Shown here one piece after another: positions 12,693 to 24,300 of a stretch of DNA of 64,000 nt. The notes under the pieces are model-generated. The model did no database searches, was not told the origin of the DNA, and saw only the letters and a program-made list of their open reading frames with translations. The stretch is from Takakia lepidozioides (taxonomy: Eukaryota; Plantae; Bryophyta): NCBI GenBank assembly GCA_030704615.1, contig CM060731.1:50158001-50222000 (forward strand). The letters are read 5' to 3'. A program made the translations under genes and the position numbers. The number at the start of each line of letters is the position of its first letter. Position 1 is the first letter of the stretch.

Positions 12693-13284
12693 CAACTCGT
12701 GCTTTTGCGATGCAACCACTTAAATTTTCATGTTGATTTCTGCAAGTTACTGGTTGAGTGAACCTTTCATAGTTTGCAATGCGTGTGCAAAGCCGGCAGC
12801 TCTGGAGAAGGTTGCTTCTGCATGTGATTGTTAGGCATTGCTTGGGTTTGTTTTCATCGTTGTTCCATGCCACTCCATACTTGGTTTTGTTTTGTTTTCA
12901 TTGTTGTTCCACGATTGTTGCGATGGTGGTTGCGATGGTGGTTTTCATTGCGATGGTGGTTCTCACGATTGTTGGGGATGACAGAGTGAAGACGAGCGCG
13001 ACACGGTGGTGGTATCATAGACAGCTCCAACTGCTCGAGTAGTCACTCCAAAAGCGGCTAGTCATCAATCGCAGTCGGAGAGTCGTCGGCAGCAGACGTC
13101 GGAGCTGGTGCTTCGCATGTTTGGATCGTTCAACTTGGGGCGGGAGGGCAAACTAAATCTTGCTCCTTTTGTTGGTGGACGGGAGGACCTGCAGCAAGAG
13201 TACGATAGAATAGGCATTCGGGAGGTTGGTGCAGGCTGCATGGCAGGTGAAGGGCGTCGGATGAGGACAACATGAGATCCGGCA

Positions 13285-16200
13285 ATGGAGGAAGCTGATG
13301 CACATGCAGTAGGGCCCGCCCACGCAAAGAAGAAGAAAGCCAAGCACATGCAATCCCCGGCGAGAGAGCCGTCACAGGCTGCGGAGGGGGGAGTGAGCAG
13401 GGCGCGCGAGGGTGTCAGTTTGCCTCAATCAAAGGTGGTCGTCCTGGAGGCCTCCCCTGCTGCTACCCCTAGTAAGAAACAGAAGGCCCGTGAGAGGGCA
13501 AAAGAGAGGGCAAAGGAACAGGCTAGACAGAAGGCTAGCCAGGAGGCAAGAGAGAAGGCCACTGAAGAGGCCAGGGGTGTCGAAATGACAGATGCCCATG
13601 TGAGTGAGGGACGCACAAAGACGGTGGATCCCTCCAAGACACCAGAAATAGGCAGTAACACACCGGCTGCATCCTTACCGGTTACACCATCGCGGGTGGG
13701 AGCAGCCCCCACAATTACACATACGGTGGAGAGTGGAGGAGGGGAAAGAACACCACAAAGACCACGGATTGTGGGAGTTCAAGGTGAAGCCGGCAAGAGG
13801 GCAGTACAGACGGGGAGAGTGCTCGAGGTGCTTCCGCCGGTGGTTGACCACGTTGAGGACGACGACAGGGAGCTTTCTGACCATGATGACATCCTCCCGG
13901 ACATCCCCAGGCCCCAAACCCGGAGCATACAGGCTGGATTTGGCGGTCCTGGTGGGCTGCCGGAGAACCCCCCTGCAACAGACGTCATGTCGGAGGCAGA
14001 TATGAAGTTGGCCGCTGCGAAGATGTTGGAGGCAACCCACAGCAACATTGGCAGGGTCCTGGGGGGCATGGTGTACCCGGCCAAGCTTCGGACTCCCCTT
14101 TGCCGCTTGGTATCATTGCAGGTGGTGAGACCCGCCCTCCCAGGCGATATCGACAAGCTGAAATTCTCTTTCCGGGAGGGATATCGAATGGGGTCTGCTG
14201 CGTTTCATGTTTCCATTGAGAACGACCACGGAGCTTCTCGTCCCCACACTTCCGATGAGGTGGACAAATGGGGTCCCCATTGGCAAAGGCGAAATGAGGA
14301 GTTCGAGAGATTGATTGCTACTGATCCTCTTTTCCAGCACTTGTCCGGAAAGATGTTTTACGTGTGGGACAGCAATCATCACCTCCTGGCATGGATGGAG
14401 TACATAGCCCAAGCCCACCCCAACGACCTGGATTGGCATTTTGCCGTGGAATGTGTTGTGCTGAAGGTTGCGGGGCCCAAAGATCGTAGTCTTCTCAAAG
14501 CTGCAATGGCAGACATCAACTCGTAAGTTACAATGCCTCTTGCTTTGGAACTTTGAATTTGAAACAGTCATTTCATTGCCAATGAAATGTCATATTTGTT
14601 TCAAACTCTCATTTCAGTATTGTTTAATGGAAATGTGGCATTGCAGGGTGACTGAGAATGCCTTCATTGACACCAACTTGTCTTATATGCTCTTCCGAGT
14701 GAAGGATGTCGGGAAGCAGGGGGTGCAAGAGTTTGCCAATTCGCTCAGTGCCGACCTCCTTCACAAGTCGGAGGCAAAGGCAGACAGAACCTGGTATAGG
14801 CTGAGCATGGACGCCATGGTGGACTACATATTTCGGGTAAAGCTCCTGTCTATTTTGTTCAGCTAATCTGTCTCTCTTCCCCCAATAGAAGAAAAAGTGT
14901 TGACCAGGATTTCTAATCTTATGTGCGCATTCTTGCCAGACAAAAATTCAGCAGGATTTGGCACATGCGCGGAGGTTCTACATGGAGTCAGAGGAGAAGA
15001 AACTAACCCTCCCGGCACTGGAATCGTATCTCAAAGCTGTGGAGGCGAAGGCCCGCATATAGTACAAGTCGCGGATGGTAAAGTACGTGGCCATAGCTGA
15101 TCCCGCCGCCGACTTTCTGGTGGAGGTGGGAAAGCACTACTCCCGCGCTCTGAAGCCCACGATGACAATGGAGAAGCTGCATCGTCTAGCCACATCCTGT
15201 GTGGATGCAACAGAAAAGGTTATATATTCTTAACCAAATTGTCGTGGCAACAATTCGTTTTTGTGGTGTTTGGCGCTTACTAATATGTTGGGTGGTTGGA
15301 CAGACTCGGTGGCTCCAAATCTGGAATGGTTCCCAAAGTACAAGGGACATGTGGAGCTTCCCCAAACCTGACAAACTGTCTGACCCCACATTCGACATGT
15401 GGATGAACCGCATGACATGGTGGTTTCAGGTACTTTCCCACGCTTCATTTGCCGGTTCTACGCTTGTACCGGGTGGATTTACTGTATTTTTTGAGGAAAG
15501 CGGTCTGATGGAGAATTTCCACAGGTGACGACGAATGCGCAAGAGCAGCTTGACACACAAGCACATCAGTTCAAGCTGGAGATTTCTGGTGAAGCAGAGA
15601 GCCTACGCGACTATGTGACGAGGTACTTTCTGCTCTAAAAAACCGACCTATTCTTTTGAGAGATACCCCATGCCCGGCGGAGCCACGAGTTCACCGACCA
15701 GCCGAACGCGGACAAAGCGGCAATGCGCCTTCTGTACAGGTACATACGCGATGCCTTTCTTTTTAGTCCCTACATTTCCAAGATATAAGAGGCCTTATGT
15801 GGCGCATGAAAATTATTTGTGAAGTCGTTGGAAAAATGGCTTCCTTGGAATTTCCTGATTCGGGCCTTGGGGGATGGCTGTCCAGGGGGTGGCTGGCACT
15901 CAGTCTGGAAATTCGGCGCCATTTTCGGGGCCCTGAACTGGAAATTCGGCGCCATTTTTCCAGTTCCGGGCCCAGTCAGTTCTGGGACTTAGACACTTTC
16001 AGCCCCAACCTGGGAAAATGGCGCCGAATTTCCAGTTCACGGCCCCGAAAATGGCTAAGTCCCTAGGGTGGCTGGCACCGAGACTGGAAATTCGGCGCCA
16101 TTTTTCCAGTCCCGGGCCCAGTCAGTTCTGGGACTTAGACATTTTCAGCCCCAACCTGGGAAAATGGCGCCGAATTTCCAGTTTAGGGCCCCGAAAATGG

Positions 16201-18558
16201 CGAAGTCCCCGAGGTGGCTGGCACCGAAACTGGAAATTCGGCGCCATTTTTCCAGTTCCGGGCCCAGTCAGCTCTGGGACTTAGCCATTTTCGGGGCCTC
16301 AACCTGGAAAAATGGCGCCGAATTTCCAGTTCAGGGCCCCAAAAATGGCTAAGTCCCTGGGGTGGCCGGCACCGAAACTGGAAATTCGGCGCCATTTTAC
16401 CAGTTCCGGGTCCAGTTTCAGTTTCATTCCCTAAAATTTACCTCGTTCCCGGGACCTCATTCTATGTGTTTCTTGAATGCAGGTACTGCAAGTTCTCCCT
16501 TTTGGAGAAAGGTCATCTGTCCTTCGAGCCGCCATTCTTCCTCGCATGGAGGAACCCCGGGGCTGACTCTATGTACACTGACGTTATCATGAAGGAGTGG
16601 CATGTGGAACATTTGCGCGACTGCCTTTGGTATGTGGACCTTCCGCCTGGCTCGCTCGACTCATCTGAGTTTCAATTGAAGCTGGATGCGGAGGCCCGAC
16701 GAAACCGGCCTCCGCTGCCTCCGTTGGGTCCAAAGGAGGCGAAAGCGCTTGCCAAGTCCAGGAAAGCGGCAGAGCTTGCTCAGGCAGGTATTCAGGAGAA
16801 ATTGAATGAGAAGAATAAAGGACAAAAGAAAAGGACACGGAAACAGGGGAGTACAGTAACCCCCAAAAAACAGAAAACCACCGGGGCACCAGAGGAGGCG
16901 CAGGAGGGGCCCCAAGGGAGTGACTCCGACGACGACTTTGTGCAAGGTCTTGCGACTATTGCTGCTGCTACCAAGTTGCCGGTCGTCCGGGTTCCCAAGT
17001 CAGTTCGGACTGGGATTGGCTCTACCAAGAAGTTGGCATTTGAGGGCGAGCCTACACGGCGGTATTCGGCGGCGATGTTTCCGTAGAGGCCAAAGCTAGA
17101 ACCCCCAACCATCATCCAATGTGTCAATGAGAGCTTCCTTGACGCTCTGGCTGCCAGGGCGAAGAAGGTGGCACATAGCAAGTCTCTGGAGGAGCTGAAG
17201 GGGAAAGCCAAGAAGAGGGCTGCCGGTACAGAGCCTAAAGACACCCCTGGTTTGGAAGCCATGATGGAATTCTTCACGACTGTGAGCACGGATTGCAAGA
17301 GCACTCGGGGGGGGGGGGGTTTGGGGTTTGAGGTGGAGAGAGCCTGCGATATGATTCTCCTTGATATTCCAGATGGGGAGCTGCTGGAGGGCCTGGATGG
17401 TGTGCCCACCTAGAACAGGTTTACTGAGGACTACTGGAGAGCCGGGTTTGGGCTGGCGGGGATGCTCCTGGATGACGGTGGATGTATGGTGGTCCTTGCC
17501 ACAAGAGGGAAGACCATGGAGAATGTTGTGGCAAGATGGACACCAAAAAGTGTCACCCCGGTCCTCCTCAAAAAATGGTTCTGCATCAATACACAGGGGT
17601 TGCGAACAGAGGGCCAGAGTGTAAGTGATCAATCTATTGCATTCACTTCATATTGTGGAGTATCTAAACTAGACCCTGGAGTTGATCCCTCTTTTGTTGG
17701 ATGTGCAAACATTGGTGTTTGAGGCATATTGTTTTGTGAAGAGAGGGTCTACGTTCAAATTCCGCAACGACGGTCGTCTTGTTGATGCCACAGTGGACCC
17801 TGTTACCTACGATGTCCCCTACAACTATGTGCCCCACTCCAATATGCCGAAGGACACAAAGACAGGCAAACCGTGGCGGTACAGCCGGACCTGGAGCCCT
17901 GCTTTCATCCAAACCCTCATGGAGACGTGCTCGGATGTCCAAGGGCGGATTCTTGACCTCACATGCGGCACGGGTAAGCCTTCACGTGCACAGTTTGTCC
18001 CCTGGCCCCATTGCAATTGCATGCCGCATGCTACTAACCGCCCGTTTTGTCCCTCAGGTGCTTCAATGTGGGCAGGGACGTTGTCCGACAGGCATGTCTT
18101 CACCTTCGAGCCCGATACTGACGTCTACACCACATTTCATAGGCAGGAGGAACGTGTCTTTTTTTTCCAGGGGGGGTTTCATGCCGAGTCCAGAAAGGGA
18201 CTACATACTTCCTACTTATGCTGCCCGACTTGCTTTGGTGTCCATTAGGAGGTCTTCCGAACCTAGTCGTGTGCAGCAGATTTTAGACGAGGCAAGCTTC
18301 AAGAAAATGAAGATGAGGGAGGAGGCAACAACTATTAAAGCCCGTCAGGCTCGTAGATTTGTCTTGGATTTTGCTGAGGAAAGTGGGGGAGAAGAGGCAG
18401 AAGATTCCCAGGAGGTGAGGTGGACAGTCGCCCAAGGAGAGGACGGAATTTTTGAGAGGCATAGTGGAACTGATGCATCACAGAGCTCGGAGGATGGGGG
18501 GGATGAGGGGGATGAGGAGGAAGGTGGGGCAAGTTCCTCGGAGGGTGTAGGAGAGTAG
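13285..18558 (+). pseudogene. Multi-exon ParB/Srx-like plus beta-class DNA amino-methyltransferase-like gene, copy A
   Basis: Inferred exons ~13285-14522, 14647-14836, 14940-15218, 15304-15429, 15525-15739, 16483-17620, 17709-17973, 18058 onward. ParB-like: LQVVRP..DIDKLKFSFREG...FYVWDSNHHLLAW. MTase-like: DMILLDIPD (DIPD at 17363-17374), MLLDDGGCMVV, PAFIQTLMETCSDVQGRILDLTCGTG|ASMWAGTLSDRHVFTFEPD. In-frame stops at ~15636, 17084 and 17411. Confidence 0.75.
15890..16415. repeat. Intronic tandem array (~146-bp unit, two opposed GGCGCC quasi-palindromes per unit)
   Basis: GGAAATTCGGCGCCATTTT starts at 15940, 16086, 16232 and 16380, with the opposed motif in between. Lies inside the inferred intron 15740-16482. 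Confidence 0.9.
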
Positions 18559-21377
18559 TGCCCATTCCGGCTATGACAGTTAGGACACACTTGTATAGAT
18601 GTGGCTTGCCACGAAATTTGCAATAAAATGTTGCATTTCATTGCTATGACGAGTCCAGTGGTGCCACATTCCAACTTCACATGACCCTATTTCCGTGCCT
18701 CCTAACCCTATTTCCGTGGACACACAATGCTCCGCTCATGCTTTTTTTTTTTTTCCGCTCATGCTCATGCCGCTCATGAAATAGCAGCCCCCCTCTAGCC
18801 TTTCCATTTAATTTTTTATGCAAGGTGGGGTCATTTTGCTTGGCAGCTTGGTACATGTAGACATTCAACATTCTCTGCTTACTACTTGGTTGATTGTATC
18901 TCGTTTGTTTTTGTGGGATCAGCAAGAGCAAGTATGTGTGGTTCCAATGACATATAACATGCAGAAATTAGACACCTTTAACCTCTCCATCTCTGCTCTT
19001 ATGCAAGGTGAAGTAATCAAGGACATACCTTACTGCCAAAATGAACACCAGATTACAAACTCAAGAGTGTTTTTCCATCCCTGTTGGAATTGTAGTAGTA
19101 GCCTGAACTACCTCATGCTACCAAAGTTGACCCTAGATAAAGGGGGCTGCTATTTCATGAGCGGCATGAGCATGAGCGGAAAAAAAAAAAGCATGAGCAG
19201 ACCATTGTGAGTCCACGGAAATAGGGTTAGGAGGCACGGAAATAGGGTCATGTGAAGTTGGAATGTGGCACCAGTGGACTTGAAATGCAACATTTTATTG
19301 CAAATTTTGTGGCAAGCCATGTCTATACAAGTGTGTTCTAACTGTCATAGCTGGAATGGGCACTACTCTCCTACACCCTCCAAGGAACTTGCCCCACCTT
19401 CTTCCTCATCCCCCTCATCCCCCTCATCCTCCGAGCTCTGTGATGCATCAGTTCCACTATGCCTCTCAAAAATCCCGTCCTCTCCTTGGGGGATTGTCCA
19501 CCTCACCTCCTGGGAATCTTCTGCGTCTTCTCCCCCACTTTCCTCAGCAGAATCCAAGACAAATCTACGAGCCCGACGGGCTCTAATAGCTGCTGCCTCC
19601 TCCCTCATCTTCATTTTCTTGAGGCTTGCCTCGTCTACAATCTGCTGTACACGACTAGGTTCGGAACACCTCCTAATGGACACCAAAGCAAGCCGGGCAG
19701 CATAAGTAGGAAGGATGTACTCCCTTTCTGGACTAGGCATGAAATCCCCCCTGGCAAAAAAGGCATGTTCCTCCTGCCCATGAACTCCGGTGTAGACGTC
19801 CCTCCGGCAGTACTTGGCATCCTACAGTAAAAACAAATCCACTTCAAGAATGTCAATACCAGCACAACCAGAAAGGGTTTTCAATGAAATAAGAGAGCGG
19901 AGGGAGGTGCCTCACAAAATCTGGAGGCAACTTACAATGCCACCACTCACTCGTAAACCGGGGGCTCCTCGGCCTCGATCCCAACTTCCTCCCCCTACTC
20001 CTTCTCGGATTTTTCCTCATCCTCCGAGGATGCCTCTTCCTCTTTCGGCAGACGTTCAGCCGCTGCAAGTTCCGAGTTGTGGAGGGCAGTATCTGGCTCG
20101 AAGGCGAACACATGCCTGTCGGACAACGTCCCTGCCCACATTGAAGCACCTGAGGAACAAAGCGGGTGGTTAATAGCTTGCGGCATGCAATTGCAATCGG
20201 GCCAGGGGACAAACTGAGCACGTGAAGGCTTACCCGTGCCGCATGTGAGGTCAAGAATCCGCCCTTGGACATCCGAGCACGTCTCCATGAGGTTTGGATG
20301 AAAGCAGGGCTCCGGGTCCGGCTGTACCGCCACGGTTTGCCTGTCTTTGTGTCCTTTGGCATACTGGAGTGGGGCACATAGTTGTAGAGGACATCGTAGG
20401 TTATAGGGTCCACAGCGGCATCAACAAGACGACCGTCGTTGCGGAATTTGAACGTAGACCCTCTCTTCACAAAGCAATATGCCTCAAACACCAATGTCTG
20501 CACATCCAACAAAGAAGGGATCAACTCCAGGGTCTACTTAACATACACCACAATATGAAGTGAATGCAATAGATTGATAACTTACACTTTGGCCCTCTGT
20601 TCGCAACCCCTGTGTACTGATGCAGAACCATTTTCTGAGGAGGACCGGGTGACACTTTTCGGTGTCCACCTTGCCACCGCATTCTCTGTGGTCTTCCCTC
20701 TCGTGGCAAGGACAACCACACATCCACCGTCATCCAGAAGCATCCCCGCCAGCCCAAACCCGGCTTTCCAGTAGTCCTCAGTAAACCTGTTCCAGGTGGG
20801 CACACCATCCAGGCCCTCCAGCAGCTCCCCATCTGGAATGTCGAGGAGAATCATGTCGCAAGCTCTCTCCACCTCAACCCCCCCCCCGAGTGCTCTTGCA
20901 ATTCGTGCTCACAGCCGTGAAGAATTCCATCATGGCCTCAAAACCACGGGTGTCTTTAGGCTCTGTACCGCCAGCCCTCTTCTTGGCTTTCCCCTTCTGC
21001 TCTGCCAGAGACTTGCTGTGTGCCACCTTCTTCGCCCTGGCAGCGAGAGCGTCAAGGAAGCTCTCATTGACGCATTGGATGATGGTTGGAGGTTCTAGCT
21101 TTGGCCTGTGCGTAAACGTCACCGCCGAATACCGCCGTGTAGGCTCGCCCTCAAATGCCAACTTCTTGGTAGAGCCAGTCCCACTCCGAGTTGACTTGGG
21201 AACCCGGACGACCGGTGACTGGGTAGGAGCAACAGCAGTCGCAGGACCTTGAACAAAGTCGTCGTCCGAGTCACTCTCTTGGGTCCCCTCTTGCGCCTCC
21301 TCCGATGCCCCGATGGTTTTCTTCTTTTTGGGTATTACTGCACTCACCTGTTTCCTTGTCCTTTTCCTTTGGCCTTT

Positions 21378-24300
21378 TGTCGCGCACCTCACTTTGGTAA
21401 GCTCCCCTTCAAGTCATAGTTACTCGCTTTGATGCGCGCGCCTGACTCCCAACCTGGCCGCCGGGCCAACTTGGAGCTTTGGCTGCTCACCGGGACATAA
21501 CGGTCCCCCTTTGTTCCCCACTAAACCCTCCACCTATTTGGGCCTAGTGGAATTCCCTTTTGGTAGATGGCAGTCCGGAACAGCTCCCCACTCTTTGGTC
21601 GCTTTCCGGCTCGCTCGCTTACTCACTAGTTTTTGGTCACCAACGGGCTTGCACCGTTCTCGGGAAATCCCCTTATATATACTTTTGTAGTTGTCCGCGG
21701 GGGTTTCACAACCAGCCATGCCATTTTATGGCGAACCACCACGAAAACCCTCGACTCCCGGTGATGAGTCGCGGTGAGTCTTGGCCCACTCACCACGGCC
21801 CCTATGGACCGTGTTGAGTCCCAAGACTCCCCACGACTCCCACCACGAGGTCTCCGCCCCCATGGTGAGTCCTATGCCACCCCCACTAAGTCCCGCTAAG
21901 CTACCACCACCCCTTGTGGAGCCACCCCCACCGCAACCCGGTGTGCGGGGCTCCACCTAGTGAGCGCCTCCGCCTCCTTGAGTGCCTTGGGCACTCAAGG
22001 GTGCTTCAAGCCCCCCGTACCTATCGCTGCCGCTGCCCCCACCACAGGGGCAGCCCCCCCCCGCCCCCGCCCTCAAGGCAAAGGGCCGCGACACACACCC
22101 CTACCAACAGGGAGTCGATGTCCTCATCGACTTGTTCATTTTGTAGAAATGAACATCCAAGTTGTGGCGTCCCACATCAAGGAGTTTGTTTCCGCACCAT
22201 GGCGTCCCATGGCAAAGAACCAAACCCCACACTTGACTCTACTCTCTACTAGCTAGTTCGGCCGACTTCCTCCAAGTCCCGGCCAAGGGTGGAGCCTCTC
22301 CAGCTCCTCCCAGTGCACTCTTCTTGGCCTACTTCAAGGCCAAGGAACGATCCTCCCCGAGGATCGAATCGTCTTACTGCAACAACATTGCTTGCGACCG
22401 CTCATGATGCCTCTTTTGGCATCACCTTGAGCAAGGGTTCACCTGGAACCCTCTTTGACTAGGAAGATAACCTTGAACCAACCGTGCGCCCCAATCACTA
22501 CAATTGGGTCCGCCTTGGAATGCTGGCCTGAGGTACGAGAACACGCCAAAGCCGCACTACGACTTCGTCCCGAGGCTACACGATTATAGTATGTGAACGG
22601 AAGCACGTAGCTTCCGCGTTAGCCCGCACTACAAGGCAACCCCCTCGGTAGCGCAGTTATAGTACGCGCACGCGCCAGATGCGCACTAGCACGTGAACTC
22701 CCAAAGAAGGCGCAAGTTTCCTTGCCCCTGGATGGGGGTCACCCGATTTCGGCACTACGCAAACACACGATTAACCCAATTTACCTCTCCCACTTTTATA
22801 AGCTAGCATGCATTCTACACACTAGCCAACCATACCATGCATCACCATTCCAAACAAAATAGGACGCACAACATTTGGAACCCATTTCATTTATAGCACG
22901 TTTTGTACAATACAAGTTTTTGCAATCGGATTCTTAAGCTAGCTAAGCCGGGCTAAGCATACACTTCCTCCCCCACGCTCCAAGGTTGATGTCCCCATCA
23001 ACGCTTCTCTTCCGCTTTTGAGGTCGCCCTTCGAAAGCTGCAACCGCCTCGGATGCGTTTCCCATTTCTGAGGCACGCACCCAAGATGCCTCCACATGAT
23101 GATAGCCCTTCCATTTGACGAGATACTCCGTTTCTCGGTTCTTGAACCTCCTCGACTTAAGTATTACCTCCACCTCGTACTCAGGTTCATTTTCATGATC
23201 CATCAGCATAGGTGGCGGACGTAACACTTGATGCCGATTCGGATCTTTGAAGTAAGGCTTCAAAGGGGAGACATGGAATACTGGGTGCACCTTGCTGTTT
23301 GCCGGCAGCTCCATTCATACACATCCTCATTCATAACAACCTTCTGAATGCGAAAGGGTCCCTCATACGGAGGTACGAACTTCGGACTCACTTCCGGGGG
23401 TAGTCGGAAATTCTTGATGTTCAACCAGACCTCCGTGCCTGCCTCAAACTTCACTTCCCTCCGCTTCTGATTCGCCTGCCTTTCATACCGTTTCCTAGCT
23501 TGGCAATGTTGTACTTTGCGAGCTTCAACAAACGCTCGCGTTCTTCCACAAACGCTCGCGTTCTTCCAGTACCGCCGCTACTGCTGCCTGTTCCTCAACG
23601 TCCTGGGCGGCCCAAACTTGTCGGCAACCAGAGGGGTGCTTTTTCCATAGACCAATACGAAAGGGGAAACTCCCATTTTACTGAACCTATCCACCACCAC
23701 CATGATTGCATCGAATCCTTTACAGCGCCATAGCAGTCATGAATCCATCGAGACGCTTTCCCAAGTCCCCTCTCTGAATCGGCAAGGGTTGTAACACCGC
23801 CCACTTGCTTTTGTACTCGCTCCGGTTTTTGTTGGCATGTGGTGGCATGTCTTGACATACTCCTCTGCCTCCTCCCTCAGTTTGGGCCCAGAAATACCTT
23901 TCTCTCAAGAGCTGTGCCGCAGTGCGCTTGGCTCCGCCGTGGCCCGCAAGCGGGCTATCATGGCATTCTCTCAGAGACTATCTCTGATCCCTTCCCTTTT
24001 GGCACGTAGAGACGTTTTTGCTTATACCGGAGCAGTCCATTTGCAAGTGGAACTGCGATTTAACCCCCATCCTCAAGTCCTGCATTACGGACTTCGCCAG
24101 CTCATCCTTCCGGCAAGCCTTTCAGATCTTCTTTGGAGCGTCTTCTCGCCCTTGTACACCAACAAGACTGGCTGCTTTCTACTTAAAGCATCGGCCACCA
24201 CGTGTCGCATCCCGTTTGTACTGGATATCCACGTCGAACACCGCCAAAGTATCTTGCCACCTAAGTTGTTTTGGGGACAACTTGGGCTGCGTGGCAAAAT

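Larger units (their letters stand above)
4964..18790. mobile_element. Giant Mutator-like (MULE) transposon, copy A, both ends present
   Basis: Imperfect TIRs GAGGTTAGCTATTTCATGAGC... and ...GCTCATGAAATAGCAGCCC(CC). Flanking duplication (CC)TCTAGCC at 4955-4963 and 18791-18799. The empty site rebuilds a tandem-repeat unit. Confidence 0.88.

Noticed and set aside
4964-18790. Classification as Zisupton/KDZ, prophage or bacterial contamination
   Set aside because: The D...D-CxxH...E core with a C-terminal SWIM finger fits MULE, and both genes have spliceosomal introns and sit among plant retrotransposons.
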